NCBI GenBank assembly: GCA_026391215.1
Contig: JAPLDX010000039.1
Span: 1-34,002 of the forward strand
Length of the DNA: 34,002 nucleotides
Direction: 5' to 3'
Origin: Bacteroidia bacterium
GTDB lineage: Bacteria; Bacteroidota; Bacteroidia; Bacteroidales; VadinHA17
Part shown: positions 27,996 to 34,002 of the stretch, in pieces
Layout of the letters: each line of letters starts with the position of its first letter
Position numbering within the stretch: the first letter of the stretch is position 1
Made by a program: the position numbers and the translations under genes
The notes under the pieces: generated by a model
What the model was told of the DNA's origin: nothing
What the model saw: the letters and a program-made list of their open reading frames with translations, nothing else
Database searches by the model: none

Positions 27996-29362
27996 ATAAT
28001 CTGCCCGAAAGAACAGAACAATATTACAGGCTTTATGAGGAGAACATAAAGAAGATTAAGGAGAATTCAGATCCGTATATCAACTCATTCCGTAAGGCTG
28101 CAATTGAGAATTTCTGTAAAACAGGCATACCGACAAAGAAAAATGAATCCTATAAGTATACGAATCTGGATTCATTTTTTAACCACGACTATAAAAGTTA
28201 TTTTATTCCCGGGAAATCTGATTTCTTAAAAGCTGAAGAATTCAGGTGCGATGTGGCAGACCTCGATGCCTATGGAGTGGTCCTTCTTAACGGCTTTTAT
28301 CCGACCATCAACGGCAAGCTTCGGGAGCTTCCCGGCGGGATTTGGATAGGAAGCCTCGCTGAGGCTGCGAAAAAATTCAGCGATAAGATTGAAAAGCATT
28401 ACGGCAAATATTTAAACGGCAACTCTGACGGACTTGTGCATCTGAATACAGCAATGGCTTCCGATGGATTTTTTGTATATGTCCCTGAAGGAGCTGTCCT
28501 CAAAAGACCTGTCCAGGTTGTAAACCTTGTACAGTCGGATGAAGATATGTTCAGCCAGCATCGCAACCTAATTATTGTGGAAGATAACGCCGATTTCACG
28601 GTAATTATCTGCGACCATACATTATCACCGCAGAAATTTCTGACAAATGCCGTTACTGAGGTTTATGTGGGGGCAAATGCTCATTTTGATATTATGAGAG
28701 TCCAGAATGAACATAACAATGCCTGTAAGATCACCCATACATTCATTCACCAGGAGAGAAACAGCCACGTGTCTTCAAATAACATTACACTTCATGGCGG
28801 ACTGGTAAGAAACAGCACTCATCATTATCTTGGCGGCGAGGGAGCTGAGAGTAATTCATACGGATTGTTCCTTGCTGATAAATGGCAGCATGTTGATAAT
28901 TATGTAAATGTGGATCATGCATTCCCGAAATGCACCAGCAATCAGCTGTTCAAGGGCGTACTTGACGATATGGCGACAGGAGCTTTTAACGGAAGGATAT
29001 ATGTGCACAAGGATGCCCAGGGGACAATCGCATACCAGAAAAACAATAACATCCTTCTCACTGATGATGCAAAAATGGATACCAAGCCTCAGCTTGAGAT
29101 CTATGCTGATGATGTCAAATGCAGTCATGGGGCAACGGTCGGCCGGCTCAATGATGATGCACTGTTCTATTTGCAATCACGTGGTATAAACAAGCGTGAG
29201 GCATTGCTGATGTTGATGTTCGGATTTGCCCATGAGGTGATAAGGAATATAAAGGTGGATGCCCTGCAGGAAAGAATGGATAACCTGGTAATGCAGCGCC
29301 TGAAAGGCGAATTGTCACGATGTGCAAGCTGTATGGTAAGATGCGATAAACAACAACATTGA
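27992..29362 (+). CDS. sufD: Fe-S cluster assembly protein SufD
   Basis: ESYKYT, SNQLFKGVL, FNGRIYV, PQLEIYADDVKCSHGATVG, FYLQSRGI. Confidence 0.97.
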   Translation: MNNLPERTEQYYRLYEENIKKIKENSDPYINSFRKAAIENFCKTGIPTKKNESYKYTNLDSFFNHDYKSYFIPGKSDFLKAEEFRCDVADLDAYGVVLLNGFYPTINGKLRELPGGIWIGSLAEAAKKFSDKIEKHYGKYLNGNSDGLVHLNTAMASDGFFVYVPEGAVLKRPVQVVNLVQSDEDMFSQHRNLIIVEDNADFTVIICDHTLSPQKFLTNAVTEVYVGANAHFDIMRVQNEHNNACKITHTFIHQERNSHVSSNNITLHGGLVRNSTHHYLGGEGAESNSYGLFLADKWQHVDNYVNVDHAFPKCTSNQLFKGVLDDMATGAFNGRIYVHKDAQGTIAYQKNNNILLTDDAKMDTKPQLEIYADDVKCSHGATVGRLNDDALFYLQSRGINKREALLMLMFGFAHEVIRNIKVDALQERMDNLVMQRLKGELSRCASCMVRCDKQQH

Positions 29363-29363
29363 T

Positions 29364-30584
29364 TTGAAAAATATCTCCGACATAAGATCTGATTTCCCGC
29401 TGCTCAGCAGGAAGGTTTACGACAAGCCGCTTGTTTATTTTGACAACGGGGCCACTACCCAGAAGCCTCAGTGCGTTATTGATGCTTTCAATGAGGTATT
29501 TACAGAATACAATGCAAATATCCATCGCGGGGTACATGCTTTAAGCGACAGGGCCTCAGAGGAATATGAGAAAGCAAGGGAGAAGGTAAGATCCTTTATC
29601 AATGCCGGGAGCAGGGAGGAGGTCATATTTACTTCAGGAACAACAGGCTCAATAAATACTGTTGCATTTTCATTCGGTGAGAGATTTATAAATACAGGTG
29701 ATGAAATAATAATAAGCCATCTGGAACATCATGCAAATATTGTCCCGTGGCAGATGATGTGCGATCGCAAAGGTGCAATTCTTAAAGTGATACCGATAAA
29801 TGACAGGGGAGAAATACTCTTTGATGAATACCTGAAGCTTCTTAACAACAGGACAAAGATCGTAGCTGTCACCCAGGTTTCAAATGCTCTTGGGACTATC
29901 CTCCCGGTGAAAGAAATTATTAAAGCCGCCCATTCCATGAATATCCCTGTGATGGTTGACGGTGCCCAGGGTATTCAGCATGGAGCAATTGATGTTGCAG
30001 CAATGGATTGTGATTTTTATGTTTTTTCCGGTCATAAGATATATGCACCGACCGGTATTGGCGTTCTGTATGGAAAAACGAAATGGCTTTCTGATCTGCC
30101 TCCATACCAGGGAGGCGGCGACATGGTTGCAAATGTGACATTTGAAAAGACGACCTATAATGAACTACCCTTTAAATTTGAAGCCGGTACAATGAATTTC
30201 CCGGGTGCCATAGGACTCGGTGTCGCCATTGACTACATATTATCCCTTGGCCTGGAGGATATTGAAAAAAGAGAGAAAGAGCTTCTGGTTTATGCAACAG
30301 AAAGGATTTCAGGAATCAAAGAGGTTAAGATATATGGCAATACTGACAGGAAGATATCAATAATCTCTTTCCTTATTAATAATATCCACCAGTATGATGC
30401 AGGAATGGTCCTCGATAAATTGGGCATTGCAGTACGTACAGGCACCCACTGCGCACAGCCTGTCATGGACAGGTTCGGCATTGATGGAACTATAAGGGCA
30501 TCAATGTGTTTTTATAACACAACAGAAGAGATAGACCTGCTTGGCACAGGAATTGAGAAGGTGATTAAAATGTTTGCAAAATAA
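29364..30584 (+). CDS. sufS: Cysteine desulfurase SufS
   Basis: YFDNGATTQKP, ANIHRG, EHHANIVPW, FSGHK, FEAGT, VRTGTHCAQP; TTG start. Confidence 0.97.
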   Translation: MKNISDIRSDFPLLSRKVYDKPLVYFDNGATTQKPQCVIDAFNEVFTEYNANIHRGVHALSDRASEEYEKAREKVRSFINAGSREEVIFTSGTTGSINTVAFSFGERFINTGDEIIISHLEHHANIVPWQMMCDRKGAILKVIPINDRGEILFDEYLKLLNNRTKIVAVTQVSNALGTILPVKEIIKAAHSMNIPVMVDGAQGIQHGAIDVAAMDCDFYVFSGHKIYAPTGIGVLYGKTKWLSDLPPYQGGGDMVANVTFEKTTYNELPFKFEAGTMNFPGAIGLGVAIDYILSLGLEDIEKREKELLVYATERISGIKEVKIYGNTDRKISIISFLINNIHQYDAGMVLDKLGIAVRTGTHCAQPVMDRFGIDGTIRASMCFYNTTEEIDLLGTGIEKVIKMFAK

Positions 30585-30588
30585 TACA

Positions 30589-31020
30589 ATGACAGTCAAC
30601 AAGGTTCAGGATACAATAATTGAGGAGTTCTCAGTATTTGAAGACTGGATGGATAAATACAACCTGCTGATAGATTTCGGAAAAGATCTGCCGGTGATCG
30701 ATCCGAAATTCAAGGTAAAGGATTACCTGATAGAAGGTTGCCAGTCGAAAGTATGGCTCTATCCTGAATTAAGGGATAATAAAATCAAATTCAGCGCCGA
30801 CAGCGATGCAATAATTACCCGCGGCATAGTTTCACTTCTGATCAAGGTCCTTTCAGACAGGACGCCAGATGAAATTATATCTTCAGATCTTTATTTCATA
30901 GACAGGATAGGACTCAGGCAGAACCTGTCACCGACAAGGTCAAACGGACTGCTTTCAATGGTCAGGCAGATGAAACTGTATGCAATGGCATACAAGGCAA
31001 AAGACAAAAGTAAAAAGTAA
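30589..31020 (+). CDS. sufE: Sulfur acceptor SufE
   Basis: IEGCQSKVW, ADSDAIITRG, LSPTRSNGL; ATG 30589 preferred. Confidence 0.96.
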   Translation: MTVNKVQDTIIEEFSVFEDWMDKYNLLIDFGKDLPVIDPKFKVKDYLIEGCQSKVWLYPELRDNKIKFSADSDAIITRGIVSLLIKVLSDRTPDEIISSDLYFIDRIGLRQNLSPTRSNGLLSMVRQMKLYAMAYKAKDKSKK

Positions 31021-31036
31021 AAAGATAAAAGTAAAA
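30996..31036 (+). repeat. Tandem heptamer repeat GnnAAAA (5 units + one 6-mer)
   Basis: GGCAAAA GACAAAA GTAAAAA GTAAAAA GATAAAA GTAAAA spanning the sufE stop codon up to the next start. Confidence 0.8.
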
Positions 31037-31037
31037 G

Positions 31038-31358
31038 ATGGATGCTTCTGAACAGCTTGAAATAGAAACCAGGTTAGTGGGAGTGCTGAAAAGCATTTTT
31101 GATCCGGAGATCCCGGTCAATATCTACGATCTTGGCCTGATATACAATATAGAGGTCGATGATGACCGTATTGCTCATATAACCATGACCCTTACTGCTC
31201 CCAACTGCCCAATGGTGGATCAGATGATCGAGGAGATCAAATATAAAGTGGCTGGGACTAAAGGAGTAAAGGATTGTGATGTGAAGCTTACTTTCAATCC
31301 TCCCTGGGATAAAAACATGCTGAGCGATGAAGCAAAACTTGAACTTGGTCTATTGTAA
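31038..31358 (+). CDS. DUF59 / SufT-like Fe-S assembly protein
   Basis: DPEIPVNIYDLGLIY, MTLTAPNCP, FNPPW. Confidence 0.93.
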   Translation: MDASEQLEIETRLVGVLKSIFDPEIPVNIYDLGLIYNIEVDDDRIAHITMTLTAPNCPMVDQMIEEIKYKVAGTKGVKDCDVKLTFNPPWDKNMLSDEAKLELGLL

Positions 31359-31367
31359 AATCAACTT

Positions 31368-32315
31368 ATGAAAGCAACAGAAAAGAAAAATCTGTCCCGG
31401 GTAATAAAAGAAAAAGCTCATGAACTGGGCTTTGATATCTGTGGTATAGCAAGAGTGCATTCATTTCCGGAACGGGTATCTGCACACAAAGCATGGCTTG
31501 AGGCAGGCATGAATGATAAGATGGGATATCTTGAAAGGGAGCCTGAAAAAAGATTTGATCCGGGCCTTGTTTTCCCTGGTGTAAAATCACTGGTAGTTAC
31601 GGGATTCAGCTATTATTCAGAAATTATGCAAAGAGAAAAAGGAGTTCCTGTTCTTTCCAGATATACTTACGGTACTGACTATCATGATTTTATTATTTTA
31701 AAGCTTGAAGAATTACTGGATTTTGTGAAAAGAATGGCGCCAGAAACCGAAGGGAAAGCTTACTGCGATACAGGATTCCTTCATGAGAAATCCTGGATCA
31801 GTGAAGCAGGACTGGGCTGGCAAGGCCGTCATTCAATAATGATCAGCAAGGGAATAGGTTCGTTCTTTTACATCGGCATCCTTATGCTGACTATTGAACT
31901 GGACTACGATGAGCCGTTCAGGGGCGAATATTGCGGTAACTGCACATCATGCATTGATGCCTGTCCAACAGGTGCGATAAATGATAACAGGACAATAGAT
32001 ACCAGGAAATGTATTTCAAACCGTACAAATGAGAACAGGGGCCCTATCCCTGAAGAGATTATTCTAAAACTGGAAGGGAGGGTTTACGGGTGTGACAGGT
32101 GCCAGGAAGTGTGTCCCTGGAATAAGAATATAAAACCAAATACTCATCCGGAATTAATTTTTGACGAAGAGATAGCAGTAATGACCCGTAAAGACTGGGA
32201 ATCGCTTACTGAAGAGCGGTTTAACAGGCTCTTTAAGAAAACTTCTGTCAGAAGGATAAAATATGATGACTTTAAGAGAAACATCTCAGACGCACTGAGA
32301 TCCATTGATAATTAG
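31368..32315 (+). CDS. queG: tRNA epoxyqueuosine(34) reductase
   Basis: ELGFDICGI, SRY..G.DYH, CDTG, AGLGWQG, CGNCTSCIDACPTGA, GCDRCQEVCPWN. Confidence 0.93.
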   Translation: MKATEKKNLSRVIKEKAHELGFDICGIARVHSFPERVSAHKAWLEAGMNDKMGYLEREPEKRFDPGLVFPGVKSLVVTGFSYYSEIMQREKGVPVLSRYTYGTDYHDFIILKLEELLDFVKRMAPETEGKAYCDTGFLHEKSWISEAGLGWQGRHSIMISKGIGSFFYIGILMLTIELDYDEPFRGEYCGNCTSCIDACPTGAINDNRTIDTRKCISNRTNENRGPIPEEIILKLEGRVYGCDRCQEVCPWNKNIKPNTHPELIFDEEIAVMTRKDWESLTEERFNRLFKKTSVRRIKYDDFKRNISDALRSIDN

Positions 32316-32319
32316 TTTA

Positions 32320-32727
32320 TCATTTATCCTCAATTATAGTTATAACCACCTCCCTCTGGCTTCTTGGTCCGTCAAACTCACACAGGAATATATTCTGCCA
32401 TGTCGATAATCCGGCATTGCCGTCAACAACCGGGATAGTCTCTGATGCGCCCACCAGTCCTGCTTTAAGATGAGCATCCCCATTATTATCCTGGTGATCA
32501 TGCTCCCATATTCCGGAAGGAATTAACCGGTTCAGCAGGGTAATAACATCATTCTGAACCGACTGGTCCCAGTTCTCCTGGATCATAATTGCTGCAGTAG
32601 AACCCCTTGCATATACAGAGGCTATACCAGTCTTTACTTTGCTCTCTTTAATTACTTCGTGAACTTTTAGAGTAATATCATATAATCCGTTCTTTCGGTC
32701 GGTTTTGAGTGTAATTATCTTTTGCAT
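32320..32727 (-). CDS. yjbQ: YjbQ/UPF0047 family protein (secondary thiamine-phosphate synthase-like)
   Basis: TAAIMIQEN, NGDAHLKA, LSTWQNIFLCEFDGPR. Confidence 0.92.
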   Translation of the reverse strand: MQKIITLKTDRKNGLYDITLKVHEVIKESKVKTGIASVYARGSTAAIMIQENWDQSVQNDVITLLNRLIPSGIWEHDHQDNNGDAHLKAGLVGASETIPVVDGNAGLSTWQNIFLCEFDGPRSQREVVITIIEDK

Positions 32728-32760
32728 ATTAATATGTATAATAATTTGATTTACAAAGAA

Positions 32761-32858
32761 TTCCGGACTAAAGTCCAGCTGGATTGCGTTCCTGCTAACC
32801 CCGGGCTTAAGCCTGGGGTTAGTAAAATACTACTCAAAAATCGGGCTTTAGCCCGGAA
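32761..32858. repeat. REPIN-like composite palindromic element (GGGCTAAAGCCC-type)
   Basis: 16-bp imperfect terminal inverted repeats TTCCGGACTAAAGTCC / GGGCTTTAGCCCGGAA (14/16) around a 28-nt central palindrome CTAACCCCGGGCTT|AAGCCTGGGGTTAG (32795-32822). Confidence 0.8.
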
Positions 32859-32949
32859 CAATTCAGTTCACTATTTCACCATAAATTTACTATATGTTTT
32901 TTACCTTTCTGTTAAAATTGCGTCTTATTATCAGAAAACTGACCGGAAC

Positions 32950-33495
32950 TTGATTGATCGTGAAATTATAGAAGAATGCAGGAAAGGTAATCTCCTGAAT
33001 TTCAGGGAACTTGTTGTAAAGACCTCTCCGTTTGCCTTCTCAGTTGCTTTCAGGATGCTGGGCGATGAAGACCTGGCAGAGGATGTTGTGCAGGATACAA
33101 TGGTTACCGTGTGGCAGAAGATCGGGAAGATCACTTCCCCGGACAGTTTTAAAAAGTGGTTGTACAAAATTGTGATTAATAAGTGTTACGATGAATTACG
33201 TAAGAAGAAAAGGGTACAGGAATACAGGATGGATGAATCAGCCTGGGCAGTCATTTCAAATCACCTTTCAGAGAATTCATCTTCTGAAATGGAAAACGAA
33301 GAAACGGCAGCTATTATAAACCTTTTGACCAACAGTCTGAGCCCAAAGCAAAAAGCAGTTTTCGTTCTTTGCGATCTTGAAGAGATGAGCCTGGAAGAGA
33401 CCTCGGGAATTACAGGGATGAGAAAAGCAAACGTGAAGGCAAATCTTCACTATGCAAGAAAAAAGATTAACGAAATGATATTAAAATATATCTGA
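32950..33495 (+). CDS. ECF RNA polymerase sigma-70 factor
   Basis: Region 2 AEDVVQDTMVTVW..FKKWLYKIVINKCYD; region 4 LSPKQKAVFVL..MSLEET..VKANLHYARKK. TTG 32950 gives a typical 181-aa size. Confidence 0.93.
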   Translation: MIDREIIEECRKGNLLNFRELVVKTSPFAFSVAFRMLGDEDLAEDVVQDTMVTVWQKIGKITSPDSFKKWLYKIVINKCYDELRKKKRVQEYRMDESAWAVISNHLSENSSSEMENEETAAIINLLTNSLSPKQKAVFVLCDLEEMSLEETSGITGMRKANVKANLHYARKKINEMILKYI

Positions 33496-33496
33496 T

Positions 33497-34002
33497 ATGA
33501 ATACTGATGAGACCAAATATGACAGGATCGTTAATACCCTCAAAAAATCAAAACCGGTTTTAAGATCTCCAGATGATATTGAAGAAAAGGTGATTAACAG
33601 GATACTGCAGAATAAAGTGAAGAACGAGCCGGCTTCAGGTTTTCTCGATTTCCTTTTTGGCTGGGTTTATGTCGGGTGGGTAAGGACGGGACTCGTCGCT
33701 GCATCAATACTTTTAATTGTCGTATTTGCATACCAGCAGGTTGTGATCCTGAAAAGGGTAAATAATCTGAACCGACAGGCAATATTTATTGAAAGTCAAA
33801 TGATTACGGGGAGTCCGGATTATTCATACACGGATTTATTATACAGACTGGCAGGACGGAAACTGCCTTCAGGGAACAAAACAGTTTCCGAAAAGCAGAT
33901 GAAACAAATATTAAAATCGTACAATGAACTGGAGGAGAAGTATAAGGACCTTATCAAACTGATCGAAGAAAATCCTGAGCTGAAGGTTTATGTTGAAGAA
34001 AA
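33497..34002 (+). CDS. Single-pass membrane protein, probable anti-sigma factor (3' truncated)
   Basis: Manual translation from ATG 33497, 1 nt after the sigma stop: MNTDETKYDRIVNTLKKSKP...WVRTGLVAASILLIVVFAYQQ...YNELEEKYKDLIKLIEENPELKVYVEE, open to window edge. Confidence 0.75.
   Translation, partial: MNTDETKYDRIVNTLKKSKPVLRSPDDIEEKVINRILQNKVKNEPASGFLDFLFGWVYVGWVRTGLVAASILLIVVFAYQQVVILKRVNNLNRQAIFIESQMITGSPDYSYTDLLYRLAGRKLPSGNKTVSEKQMKQILKSYNELEEKYKDLIKLIEENPELKVYVEE

Noticed and set aside
31368-32315. QueG variant (CISNRTNE instead of the usual CISYLTIE) as a reductive dehalogenase or new enzyme
   Set aside because: DYH, DTG and both Cys clusters follow the QueG pattern; no Tat signal; divergence alone is insufficient.
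32722-32949. 76-aa N-terminal extension of the ECF sigma
   Set aside because: Reads through the palindromic element and promoter region and overlaps the yjbQ start; TTG 32950 is more plausible.

Overview
Chromosomal segment of a Bacteroidota, probably Bacteroidales, genome (inferred from the lpxC-fabZ fusion, TAnnTTTG promoter boxes and HD-lpxD-lpxC/fabZ-lpxA order). The left 14.3 kb is one minus-strand operon encoding an unusual RND/ABC hybrid transport system. In transcription order it holds an ABC ATPase, an ABC-2 permease fused to an M1-peptidase-like ectodomain lacking HExxH plus a golvesin/Xly-like domain, a TolC-family channel, a lipoprotein adaptor, an AcrB-like RND subunit, and a second AcrB-like subunit (4149->1, missing from the ORF track because it runs off the window). 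That second subunit continues in frame through extra TM helices into an ABC nucleotide-binding domain, which is itself split by a ~180-aa, 4-TM insertion. The rest is mostly housekeeping: HD hydrolase and lipid A genes, yccF, a DUF4139/MuiA protein, a repeat-rich secreted fibre/adhesin-like protein with a phage tail-fibre repeat, an NhaD-type permease, a suf operon with a candidate Fur-family operator, queG, yjbQ, and an ECF sigma with a probable anti-sigma. Four different types of short structured intergenic repeats are also present. No rRNA, tRNA, CRISPR or transposase was seen.
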